The position numbers were made by a program, and so were the translations under genes. Of a stretch of 64,000 nucleotides of DNA, positions 39,505 through 50,700 are shown one piece after another. Source of the DNA: Candidatus Latescibacterota bacterium (lineage in GTDB: Bacteria; Latescibacterota; UBA2968; GCA-2709665); NCBI GenBank assembly GCA_965208835.1, contig OZ242358.1:576001-640000 (forward strand), read 5' to 3'. Numbering within the stretch: the stretch's first letter is position 1; each line of letters opens with the position of its first letter. Below the pieces are notes generated by a model, which saw only the letters and a program-made list of their open reading frames with translations, did no database searches and was not told where the DNA came from.

Positions 39505-40200
39505 CTACCGCCATTCGATCAGCGCCTTCGCGTACGCGCGCCCTACCAGCCTGGATCCTTCTCGCAGATACGGAATATGGTGTCCGGACAGGATGCAATC
39601 CACGTGCAGCGTGGAAAGCCGTTTCAGGGTCCTTATGTACGTGGGTTTGTCGAACTCTTCGCCCCCCTGCCAGCCCAGTTCCGGCTGGTAGTAGGTATTT
39701 CCGCAGAACAACACGTCGCCAGCCAGCCAGATGGTCTTGCCGGCGTGTTCGAGTTTGTAGATGACACATCCGTTGGTGTGGCCCGGCGCGTGGATGACCT
39801 CGAACCGGAATCCGCAGGCGTCGATCGTGTCGCCGTCCTCAACCACTCGGTCCACCTTGCAGGCCGGCAGACGGAACCCCGCGGCGTACGGAATCGTACG
39901 CGCGTCCGAGTTCTCGATCCCTTCCGCGTCGCCGGGCCCGGCGATCACGAAGGCGCCGCGTTCCCGAATCGCCGCCGCGTTGCCGATATGATCGTAGTGG
40001 CTGTGGGTCAGAAACAGGTAATCCACCTTGTCCAGCGAGATCCCCCACAGGGCCAGCTGTGCTTCGGCCCGGTTCAGGTCGCCGGGTACCGACCCCGAGT
40101 CGACCATGATCGTTCCTCCCCGGCTGTGCAGCACGTAGAAATTAGGGTGTTGGGCGTAGGCAAACCCGTCCGCGAGATAGATATTCGGCAGAATCTGCAT
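39505..40200 (-). CDS. MBL-fold metallo-hydrolase
   Basis: THSHYDHIG, PGHT, AGD, SGH. Confidence 0.92.
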   Translation of the reverse strand: MQILPNIYLADGFAYAQHPNFYVLHSRGGTIMVDSGSVPGDLNRAEAQLALWGISLDKVDYLFLTHSHYDHIGNAAAIRERGAFVIAGPGDAEGIENSDARTIPYAAGFRLPACKVDRVVEDGDTIDACGFRFEVIHAPGHTNGCVIYKLEHAGKTIWLAGDVLFCGNTYYQPELGWQGGEEFDKPTYIRTLKRLSTLHVDCILSGHHIPYLREGSRLVGRAYAKALIEWR

Positions 40201-40225
40201 TCTGGTCTCCGTAGGCGCTGTGACC

Positions 40226-41101
40226 CTAAACGTCGGAAGTGCCCGTATATCCTGGAGGAATAAGCCCCCGTTGATGGTCTCTGCAGTGCTCCAGGAAACT
40301 GCGGTCCCTCAACAGGAAACCGGGATCTTCCACGATGCACCGGGTGCCGGCGTCAATCAGTTTCCTTGCGTTCATAATCGTGATTTTCGCGTCGCCGATC
40401 CTGCCGTACGTCACAAGATCCAGCCTCTGCATTTCGGGCTCCATCAGACTGTAGTCCCTGGGCACGTTCGGCGTATGCACCTTCTGAACGTGGACATGGA
40501 TCCGGCCCCGCTCGTCCGCCACCTCCAGCCGGGAGGGCTCGTCCATAAGCGCATAGGGCGCGTGACCGTATTCCTCACACGCGTGCATCATCGTGCAGCT
40601 GGTCCATCCCGTTCCCAGAAACATGTAATGAGCGTCGATTTCGCCCAGCTTTCCCCAGGCCGTATCCCGTCCGCACGGCGTGAAACAGCGGACCGCGCCG
40701 TCCGCGAGGTATTCAGCATGGCGCCCGATCGCACACATCGGATTGCTGGAATCCAGGCATCTGACGGCATATGGATGGTGCCGGAAGACTTCCGTGATGC
40801 GACCCATCCTGGAGGGCGAGCGTCGCACGTCGAATGCCGGACTTCCGCTGTTGAGCGCATACTCGCAGTGCCACCCGTTGAAATGACACGTATGCACCGC
40901 AATCGTGCCCCGGGGCCCTACCGCCTCGAGAAACGCGTCGATCACGGTTTCCGCGCCGCCCTCCACGTAACCCATACTGCTCAGGGAATTGTGGAAAAAC
41001 ACCGCGTCGCCGGGATTCACCACCAGGTTCCGCAGGCCTTCGATGATGTCGTTTTTCCTGACGACGGTCTTTCCTTCCGGTGACCAGGGTTTCTTTGCCA
41101 T
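40226..41101 (-). CDS. AAC(3)/YokD-family acetyltransferase
   Basis: FHNSLSSMGYVEGGAETVIDA, MGRITEVFR, CTMMHACE. Confidence 0.85.
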   Translation of the reverse strand: MAKKPWSPEGKTVVRKNDIIEGLRNLVVNPGDAVFFHNSLSSMGYVEGGAETVIDAFLEAVGPRGTIAVHTCHFNGWHCEYALNSGSPAFDVRRSPSRMGRITEVFRHHPYAVRCLDSSNPMCAIGRHAEYLADGAVRCFTPCGRDTAWGKLGEIDAHYMFLGTGWTSCTMMHACEEYGHAPYALMDEPSRLEVADERGRIHVHVQKVHTPNVPRDYSLMEPEMQRLDLVTYGRIGDAKITIMNARKLIDAGTRCIVEDPGFLLRDRSFLEHCRDHQRGLIPPGYTGTSDV

Positions 41102-41175
41102 CCGGGGAGTCTCCCTTTAAATGAGCGATGCCTGTTCCAATAGTTGAGCCGGTCGCCGCCGCGTCCTTTTGCCAG

Positions 41176-41766
41176 TCAGCCGCGGTACCGGGCGAGAGAC
41201 GGATGGTCCAGGACGGACGCGAGCCACGTCCATCCCTCTTTACATCGACTGTAGGTCTCAAACGGGATGAAGTCGAAGTCCAGGTACAGGTTGATCGCGC
41301 GAGCGCTGGTGGTCTGGGTGGTCAGGTAGGCGCGATCGTGGAAGTCCGCGATCCGCCGAAGCGATGCCGCCAGAAGCGGCCTGGCGAGTCCCCGGCCCTG
41401 ATACTCCGGCCGGATGGCGATCCAGTGGATGCGGCCGTAGTCCTTTCCGTTGAACGCGTCGTTGTACCAGGCCGTGCTCGTGCCGATCACCCGACCGTCC
41501 GGGGTTTCGAGATAGAGGCACCGTTCCTCCATTCTGTCCCGGCCAGCACCGAACTCGCGTTCGAAGCCGGCGAGCGCCCCGTTCATCGAATCGAACGAAG
41601 CCACGGCGACCTCGATTTCCGCCCAGAGGTGGTCTTCTCCGGCCCGGTAGTAGCGGAGGCGGTACCCTGCGGGAAGCGGATATACGGGTAGGTCCGTGAG
41701 GTCTTCCCTGACCATCACCACCGGAATGTATTCCTGCTTCTTCTCCCAGATTGCTTCGATTCTCAC
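41176..41766 (-). CDS. GNAT acetyltransferase
   Basis: IHWIAIRPEYQGRGLA, AINLY...F. Confidence 0.9.
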   Translation of the reverse strand: MRIEAIWEKKQEYIPVVMVREDLTDLPVYPLPAGYRLRYYRAGEDHLWAEIEVAVASFDSMNGALAGFEREFGAGRDRMEERCLYLETPDGRVIGTSTAWYNDAFNGKDYGRIHWIAIRPEYQGRGLARPLLAASLRRIADFHDRAYLTTQTTSARAINLYLDFDFIPFETYSRCKEGWTWLASVLDHPSLARYRG

Positions 41767-41815
41767 AATCCCTGCCTCCGTGTCGCATTGTCGGGGGGCA
41801 ACCCTCGCGCTGCGC

Positions 41816-43924
41816 TCAGTCGCGCTTGATTATGGCCGTTCCGGCCTCGGTGAGCGTATATGCCGGGCCCTCGCCGAGCACCGTCCCCCATCTTTCGCGA
41901 CCCTGGTGCTCCAGTGCAAGCGTGATCCTGCCTCCGGGCGGGCCGCCCACGATGTAGATGCTGTCAGGACGCTGCGGAAGCAATGGTCCGTGGATCGGAC
42001 CGGGGGCTTCCTCCAAGGGAGGCGCCAGAACCAGCTGCGGCGCTCCGCCCGGGACTGCGTACCAGAAGGAGATCATCGAACCTTGCGCCCGTTGTCCCGC
42101 AACGCAGTCCGCGCCGAAAGGCAGAATCGCCCACAGGACGTCGAGCGACGTCTCGCCGGCCATCTCGAACCGGAAACGAAGGTCCACCTGATCCATCGCC
42201 TCCAGGTCTTCCGGCGGGATGTCGTAGCCGGACAGGTACTCTCTCCAATAGGGGTCGACCGGTTGCGGAACCCGTTCGAATGTCGCTGCCCGCGACGACG
42301 CCTGAAAGAGCCGGCAGGCCTGCTCTGGTGGCGTCTGCAGCCGGAGCGATCCGTCCGCGTGGATCCGGGTTTCGACTTCGTGTCCGACGTGGAAGTGGGC
42401 TTCCACCGGGCGGGTCTCAGGGCCGGAGAAGCGGACGCGATCCAGCACGAATACGACGTGGCGGTCCCTTGCGTGCAATACGGTCCGCTCGAAGGCGGAC
42501 AGGCCGGACACTTCCCGGTACGCGCGCTCCGCCCGGCAACGCGCGGCCGAATACACGTCGTTCTCGCCCCGATACACACCCGTAATCTCGCCACCGGTGT
42601 CGGGTTCGACCGACTGTCCCCGGCCGTCGAAGGTGAGCGTATTCTTGAGCGCGGTGTCGAACCTGAAATATCCTGACGGCCGGAAGAAATAGTGACCGTT
42701 TACAAAGTACGTAAACGCCGCGCGGTCTTTGTAATGGGCGTGCTTGTTCTGTGTAATGGTCTGTATGGGAAGCCCCGAATCCAGCCCCGCCTGCGCCAGA
42801 GGTCCGCCGGGAACGGTACACTCGAAGCTGAGTACGGATGCGCCCTCGTCAAACCCCGTGCGGGAGAAAAACTGGCCCATCGACGGGAAAGCGGCGGCGG
42901 CCGCCAATCCGTCCGGAGGTTCCGCTTCAACGCCGGGATCGTACCACAGGAAGCTCCAGCCGTAATCGTGATAATCCTTCAGGAACGAGCGGGCGGATTC
43001 CCGTTCCGCCTGCCACTGCGCCAGGCCGTCGTTGAACTCGGCCGCGAGTTTGTACAGTTGAAAAGCCACAACCCCGCCGGTCTCCCCGTGGTACCGGCCG
43101 CTGGGTGTCGAATCGTCAAGAAATACGTAGCTTCCGTCGGGAAGCAGGTGGTACGCGCGCCAGCACGCCAGCGCCCTCAGCCAGGGAATATCAAACGCAC
43201 TCTCCCCGAAGACCCGCTTCCTGCCCTCCAGGTAGAACAGCATCGGTCCCAGCGCGTAATTCAGAGGGGCCACGCCCTCGTTCCATGCCCCGTCTTCTCC
43301 CTGGATGGAGATGATTCGCTCAACCTCCCGTTCCACCGTGGATAACCAGGCCTCGGCTTCGGGCGCGTACGGTAACAGGGCCAGACAGCCGACGCCGGCG
43401 CCGAAGACCGGCACCCAGCAGTCGTGGTAATGGTATCGCCGGCTCCAGCCGGCCTTGCCGGTATCCATGTGCCGGACCATGCGTCCGGTCTCGACCCGCA
43501 ATACCTCGACCGCGCGCTGTACCAGCGGTTCCGGCAGGACCCGCCCGAACAGGTCCACGCCATAGGCAAGCGCCATGACGTGAAAGGCCACCAGGTAGGA
43601 CGCCCTGACCTGTTCGTCGCGTGCGCTTTCGACCTCGACCCATCGCGCCAGCCAGCGTTCGGCCAGTCCGCTCCACCTCCCGTCTCCGGTAACGTGCCAG
43701 GCGATGCCGCAGTTCACCACCAGAGAAAAACAGATCTCGAGGAGATCGCTGTACGCGGGCTCCTCCAGGTCCCAGAGCGTTTCCGGCGGATCGACAGGCA
43801 ACCGGCCGTTCAGGTCTTCGGCCATTGCCCTGAAGAACCGCTCGTGCGTCGAAGCGCTGCGATTGCGCAGTTCATCCAGTTCGCGGTCAGACAGAATCAA
43901 CCGCGGCGCCTCGGGATCGACCAT
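41816..43924 (-). CDS. DUF4962/heparinase II/III-like protein (start uncertain)
   Basis: Helical N-half with DGAWNEG...Y; F...G.F.SRTGF; HAH; NTLTFDG.GQ. Confidence 0.7.
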   Translation of the reverse strand: MVDPEAPRLILSDRELDELRNRSASTHERFFRAMAEDLNGRLPVDPPETLWDLEEPAYSDLLEICFSLVVNCGIAWHVTGDGRWSGLAERWLARWVEVESARDEQVRASYLVAFHVMALAYGVDLFGRVLPEPLVQRAVEVLRVETGRMVRHMDTGKAGWSRRYHYHDCWVPVFGAGVGCLALLPYAPEAEAWLSTVEREVERIISIQGEDGAWNEGVAPLNYALGPMLFYLEGRKRVFGESAFDIPWLRALACWRAYHLLPDGSYVFLDDSTPSGRYHGETGGVVAFQLYKLAAEFNDGLAQWQAERESARSFLKDYHDYGWSFLWYDPGVEAEPPDGLAAAAAFPSMGQFFSRTGFDEGASVLSFECTVPGGPLAQAGLDSGLPIQTITQNKHAHYKDRAAFTYFVNGHYFFRPSGYFRFDTALKNTLTFDGRGQSVEPDTGGEITGVYRGENDVYSAARCRAERAYREVSGLSAFERTVLHARDRHVVFVLDRVRFSGPETRPVEAHFHVGHEVETRIHADGSLRLQTPPEQACRLFQASSRAATFERVPQPVDPYWREYLSGYDIPPEDLEAMDQVDLRFRFEMAGETSLDVLWAILPFGADCVAGQRAQGSMISFWYAVPGGAPQLVLAPPLEEAPGPIHGPLLPQRPDSIYIVGGPPGGRITLALEHQGRERWGTVLGEGPAYTLTEAGTAIIKRD

Positions 43925-44293
43925 CGGAGGAATCCATTTCAGGATCAGGCATGAAATCGAACGGTCCGGCTTCGCAAAGCCCTTCAACCCAAGTCTAAAC
44001 CATACCGGGAGGGATTGCAAGCCCCTTTGACCGAGGAGCGGATGGCGGCGCCGTGGCGCCCGTCCGTGTCCGACGACCCCGCGGACGGGTTTCCACCGTT
44101 TCAACGCGCCGCGCGTTCCGAAACGCCCGTTGCACGTTCAGACGACAAGGACGCCGTTCGGAATTTCATCAAAAAATCATCGATCTCCATCAAAAAATCA
44201 GCATATATTCGAATTTATACTCGGCTTGGCGATGCTCCGGACTGTATATTTCTAGAATTTCAAAATTAAATCTGAAAAACTGTGATTTTCCAC

Positions 44294-44321
44294 TTGACAT
44301 TCGAATATCAGTAGTTAGATT
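44294..44321 (+). promoter_or_regulatory. Sigma70-like promoter
   Basis: TTGACA-16-TAGATT in the AT-rich divergent region. Confidence 0.5.
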
Positions 44322-44530
44322 GGCCAATGGAAGGGACTTTTGTCGGATATTTTATCGTTGATTTCCTTAGCGCTTGATGTATGAGTTGTCCCTGACAATT
44401 CAGTTGATATGTCAATTTGGAGGTAGTATGGCGGTCAAGTTGCATTCGACTCACCTGAACACCCGCCAATCTACCGGAGTCTATGCCGGCGAGAATCACT
44501 TTAAGTACAATAAAAACAATTTCTTAATTA

Positions 44531-44546
44531 CCCCCCCCCCCCCCCC
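44531..44546 (+). repeat. C16 homopolymer
   Basis: 16 consecutive C in an AT-rich context. Confidence 0.85.
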
Positions 44547-44601
44547 TGAAATTTAAGGAAGACCGTAAGGGAACCAGCAAGAGAGATTACCATCGGACCG
44601 G

Positions 44602-44679
44602 TGAAGCCGTCAGTTTTCACGGCTTCTTTGTTTTGTACGATCGAGAATTGCCACTCGCCTCGCGGGTGGTTTTTTTATT
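44602..44679 (+). terminator. Two tandem terminator-like hairpins upstream of the giant gene
   Basis: GAAGCCGT-8-ACGGCTTC-TTTGTTTT and CCACTCGC-ctc-GCGGGTGG-T7. Confidence 0.65.
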
Positions 44680-44729
44680 GCGCGCGATGGTCGACGGAAA
44701 TATGAACCAACCATATCTGGAGGTCTGCG

Positions 44730-47700
44730 ATGCGGCTTAACCTGACTGTTTATACCGGCACCCTTTTAGCAATCTTCGGCCGGTTGCGTCGTATTCCGGC
44801 GGGCCCGGGCCATCGGCGCATTTTGCTGACCGTACTCTTGCTGGCGTCCGCCGTGGCGCCGGCTCACGGCTCAAATATACCCACAAACCTCGTCGCGACG
44901 CTCGGGGCGGGCGGGGTCTCGCTGAGCTGGAGTGCGCCAACCGGTAACGCGTCGACTGTTACGGGCTACCAGGTTCTTCGCCGGCACCTCGGAACCGACG
45001 CAGCCGGTGTTTTCAATGAAATTGGAACGACGGGCGCCCGCCAGACAACGTACACGGACGCAAGCGTCGTGGGTGGAGCGTCGTACGTGTATCGGGTGAA
45101 GGCCCGTCGCGGGGACAAGCTGAGCGGCTTTTCGAACTTTACACGGATCGAGGTGCCGCCGGAGCCGTCGAAGCCGTCAGGGCTGAGGGCGGCCGCCGGT
45201 CACCAGTCAGTGACGCTGTCGTGGAATAACCCGAACAACGGCACGATTACGGGTTACGAGTATCGCTACCGGACGGGCGGTGCCTGGTCGGAATGGACGG
45301 CCATCGATCCGAGCGACTCGAAGACGACCAGCCACCGTGTGACGGGTCTGGTCAATGGGCAGTCGTATACGTTTGAAGTGCGCGCGCAGAACCCGGCGGG
45401 ACCTGGCACCTCGGCCAGCGTCTCGATGAGGCCTATAGGGTTTGCGCCGACGAATCTCACAGTCGCGATCGTCGCCGGTTCGGTGACGCTATCGTGGGGG
45501 GTGCCGGCGGCCGATGCCGAATTCGTTACCGGCTATCAGGTGCTGCGCCGGCGGCCTGAAGTCGACGGGGCCGGGGTTTTTCATGCGATAGCCACAACGG
45601 GCGGCAGCGAGACGACGTACGTGGACGGCGGCGTGGAAGGAGGAGAGAAATACGCCTATCGGGTGAAGGCGTTGCGCGGTACGGATTTGAGTCTGTGGAC
45701 GAAGCCGGTGAATATCGTTGCGCCGTCGGTTCCTTCGGCGCCGGGCAACCTGAGCGCGGCGGTGGGTGACGGGTCGGTGACGCTGTCGTGGGACGATCCT
45801 GACGACGACGAAATTACGGGGTATCAGGTCCGCTATACGACAACCGGGACGCGCCTGCCGGAGTGGAACAATGTCCCGGGCAGCGATGCAAACACGACCA
45901 GCCATACGGTGAACCGGCTGACGAACTGTACGGAGTATACGTTCGAGGTGCGGGCGAGAGCGGGGGACATCACAGGCGCATCGTCGAGCGTGACTAGGAA
46001 GCCGGGTGCGGCTCCGTCTCAGGTGACGGGCGTGTCGGTGACGGGCCGGGGCGATGGGACGGTGTCGTTGAGCTGGAACGGCCTCAACGACGCGACGGTG
46101 ACGGGATACAGGATCACGTACAGCGGTGCGACGAGCGGTACGATAGACGTAGCGGGCCGTACGACGACGACGCACGACGTGACGGGTCTGACCAATTGCA
46201 GCGAGTATACGTTCGAAGTGAGCGCAACGAACAGTTGTGGCGTGGGTCCTTCGTCGAGCAGTGTGACGGGAACGCCGGGCGTGGCGCCGTCTCAGGTGAC
46301 GGGCGTGTCGGTGACGGACACGGGAGACGGGACGGTGTCGTTGAGCTGGGATGGTTCTGCCGACGCGACGGTGACGGGATACAAGATCACGTACAGCGGT
46401 GCGACGAGCGGCACGATAGACGTAGCAGGCGGAGCGACGACCAGCCACCGCGTGACGGATCTGACCAACTGCAGCGAATATACGTTCGAAGTACTTGCGG
46501 TCAACTGCGTCGGGGGTGGTTCTCCTTCGTCGAGCGTGACTGGGACGCCGAGCGCGGCGCCGTATCGGGCAAAGCGTGTGTCGGTGACGGGCACGGGCGA
46601 CGGGACGGTGTCGTTGAGGTGGGAACTTTCTGCCGACGCGACGGTGACGGGCTATAGGATCACGTACAGCGGTGCGACGAGCGGCACGATAGACTTAGCG
46701 GGCCGCACGACGAAGTGGCATGACGTGACGGGTCTGACCAACTGCAGCGAGTATACGTTCAAGGTGCTTACGGTCAACTGCAAGGGTTATGGTGAACCGT
46801 CTGTCGGCGTGACGGGAACGCCTGGTGTGGCGCCGGCTCAGGTGACGGGCGTGTCTGTGACGGGCACGGGCGACGGGACGGTGTCGTTGAGCTGGGATGG
46901 TTCTGCCGACGCGACGGTGACGGGATACAAGATCACGTACAGCGGTGCGACGAGCGGCACGATAGACGTAGCAGGCGGAGCGACGACCAGCCACCGCGTG
47001 ACGGATCTGACCAACTGCAGCGAATATACGTTCGAAGTACTTGCGGTCAACTGCGTCGGGGGTGGTTCTCCTTCGTCGAGCGTGACTGGGACGCCGAGCG
47101 CGGCGCCGTATCGGGCAAAGCGTGTGTCGGTGACGGGCACGGGCGACGGGACGGTGTCGTTGAGGTGGGAACTTTCTGCCGACGCGACGGTGACGGGCTA
47201 TAGGATCACGTACAGCGGTGCGACGAGCGGCACGATAGACTTAGCGGGCCGCACGACGAAGTGGCATGACGTGACGGGTCTGACCAACTGCAGCGAGTAT
47301 ACGTTCAAGGTGCTTACGGTCAACTGCAAGGGTTATGGTGAACCGTCTGTCGGCGTGACGGGAACGCCTGGTGTGGCGCCGGCTCAGGTGACGGGCGTGT
47401 CTGTGACGGGCACGGGCGACGGGACGGTGTCGTTGAGCTGGGACAGTTCTGACGACGCGATGGTGACGGGATATGAGATCACGTACAGCGGTGCGACGAG
47501 CGGCACGATAGACGTAGCGGGCCGCACGACGACGACGCAGGACGTGACGGGTCTGACCAATTGCAGCGAGTATACGTTCGAAGTGAGCGCGAGGAACAGC
47601 TGTGACGCGGGTCCTTCGTCGAGCAGTGTGACGGGAACGCCGGGCGTGGCGCCGTCTCAGGTGACGGGCGTGTCGGTGACGGGTACGGGCGACGGCACGG

Positions 47701-50700
47701 TGACGTTAAGCTGGGACAGTTCTGACGACGCGTCCGTCACGGGATATCAGATCTTGTATAGCGGCGCCACGAGCGACACGATAGACGTCGGTTCTGACGC
47801 GACGAGTCATGCGGTGGCAGGATTGACCAACTGTGAGGATTATACGTTCGAGGTGCTTGCGATCAACTGCAAGGCGGATGGCGCACCTTCGTCGAGCGTG
47901 ACGGGTACTCCGGGCGCGGCGCCGGCTCAGGTGACCGGCGTGACGGTGACGGGTACGGCCGACGGGACGGTGTCGTTGAGCTGGGACAGTTCTGACGACG
48001 CGACGGTGACGGGGTATAAGATCTCATACAGCGGTGCGGCGAGCGGCACGATCGTTGTAGCGGGCGGCGCGACGACGACGCAGGACGTGACGGGCCTGAC
48101 CAACTGTGAGGAATATACGTTCGAGGTGCTTGCGGTCAACTGCATGGGTGATGGCGCTGCTTCGTCGAGCGTGACGGCGCGTTTGGGCAATGCGCCGGGT
48201 GCGGTGACGGGTTTGAGCGGGTCAGAAGGGGACGACGGGGAGGTGACGTTGTCGTGGACGAATCCGAGTGGTGCGACGAAGAATGAGATCCGCTATGCGC
48301 CCAAGGGCACGACCCTGCCGACGACGTGGACGGAAATCGACGCTGCGACGAGCTACGAGGTAACGGGTCTGACGAACTGCACGGAGTATACGTTCGAGGT
48401 GCGCGCGAAGAACGGATGCGGTAACGGCGGTGCGGCCAGCGATGACGCGAGGCCGGGAAGCGCGCCGGGTGCGGTGACGGGTCTGAGCGGTTCGGAAGGG
48501 GACGACGGGCAGGTGACATTGTCGTGGACGAATCCGAGTGGTGCGACGAAGAATGAGATCCGCTATGCGCCCAAGGGCACGACCCTGCCGACGACGTGGA
48601 CGGAAATCGACGCTGCGACGAGCTACGAGGTAACGGGTCTGACGAACTGCACGGAGTATACGTTCGAGGTGCGCGCGAAGAACGGATGCGGTAACGGCGG
48701 TGCGGCCAGCGATGACGCGAGGCCGGGAAGCGCGCCGGGTGCGGTGACGGGTCTGAGCGGTTCGGAAGGGGACGACGGGCAGGTGACATTGTCGTGGACG
48801 AATCCGAGCGGAACGATCACGAACAACCAGATCCGTTATGCGAAAGCGGGTACTTCGTTGCCGTCGACGTGGACGAGTATAGGCGTCAAGACGAGCCACA
48901 CGGTGGAGGATCTGGACAACTGTGATGAATATACATTCGAGGTGCGTGCGGTCAACTGTGACGGGAATGGCGGCGCGGACAGCGGTGACGCCACGCCGTC
49001 AAGCGGATCAGCGCCGGGTTCTGTGACGGGCCTGGAAGCGACGAAGGGCAACGGGCAGGTGACATTATCGTGGACGAATCCGAGCGGAACGATCACGAAC
49101 AACCAGATCCGTTATGCGAAAGCGGGTACTTCGTTGCCGTCGACGTGGACGAGTATAGGCGTCAAGACGAGCCACACGGTGGAGGATCTGGACAACTGTG
49201 ATGAATATACATTCGAGGTGCGCGCGGTCAACTGTGACGGGAATGGCGGCGCGGACAGCGGTGACGCCACGCCGTCAAGCGGATCAGCGCCGGGTTCTGT
49301 GACGGATCTGGAAGCGACGAAGGGCAACGGGCAGGTGACATTGTCGTGGGCGAATCCGAGCGGTACGATCACGAACAACCAGATCCGTTATGCGAAAGCG
49401 GGTACTTCGTTGCCGTCGACGTGGACGAGTATAGGCGTCAAGACGAGCCACACGGTGGAGGATCTGGACAACTGTGATGAATATACATTCGAGGTGCGCG
49501 CGGTCAACTGTGACGGGAATGGCGGCGCGGACAGCGGTGACGCCACGCCGTCAAGCGGATCAGCGCCGGGTGCGGTGACGGGTCTGAGCGGTTCGGAAGG
49601 GGACGACGGGCAGGTGACATTGTCGTGGACGAATCCGAGCGGAACGATCACGAACAATCAGATCCGTTTTGCGAAAGCGGGTACTTCGTTGCCGTCGACG
49701 TGGACGAGTATAGGCGTCAAGACGAGCCACACGGTGGAGGATCTGGACAACTGTGATGAATATACATTCGAGGTGCGTGCGGTCAACTGTGACGGGAATG
49801 GCGGCGCGGACAGCGACAAGGCGACGCCGTCGAGCGGGTCGCCGCCGGGTGCGGTAACGAACCTGACCGCAACGGCTGGTAACACTCAGGTGGAGTTGTC
49901 GTGGACGAATCCGAGCGGCACGATAACGCACGTCCATTTCCGATATGCACCCAAGGGAACGACCCGTTGGTCGTCTTGGGCTAGAACCGACGCCGCGACG
50001 AGACACACTGTAACGGGTTTGACCAATTGCACTGAGTATACGTTCGAGGTGTGTGCGGTCAACTGCGACGGGCCCGGCGCCGCGGACAGCGATGACGCGA
50101 GGCCGGGTAGTGCCCCAGGCGCGGTGACGGGACTGAGCGCGACGAAGGGCAACGGTCAGGTGGCCTTGTCGTGGACGAATCCAAGCGGTGCGACGAAGAA
50201 CGTGATCCGTTATGCACCCAAGGGGACGGACGATTGGTCGTCGACGGAATTTGACGCAGCGACGAATCGTACGGTTGGGGAGTTGGCGAACTGTACGGAG
50301 TATACGTTCGAGGTGCGCGCGAAGAACGGTTGCGGTACCGGCGGAGCGGACAGTGAGAACGCGACCCCTGTAGGTGTGCCTGGAGAGGTGGACGACCTGA
50401 AAGCGGCGAAGGGTGACGAGCAGGTGACGCTGTCGTGGAGTGCGCCGTCGGGGTCGTGCGGGATAACCGGATACGAGATTAGCGTTGGTGACAGGACGCT
50501 TACCACGACGGGTACGAGTATTACGGTGGATGAGCTGACGAACTGCACCGAGTATACGTTTTCGGTGCTTGCAAAGACGATGATTTCAAGCGGCGCATCG
50601 AAAAGCGTGACGCAGACGCCTGTACCCGTGCCAGGACAGGTAACGAATCTTAGCAAGGCAGAGAATGACGGCAAAGTAACACTTTCGTGGGGCGCGCCGT

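Noticed and set aside
37848-41101. Aminoglycoside or beta-lactam resistance island
   Set aside because: Only family-level folds; no mobile context and no recognisable clinical alleles
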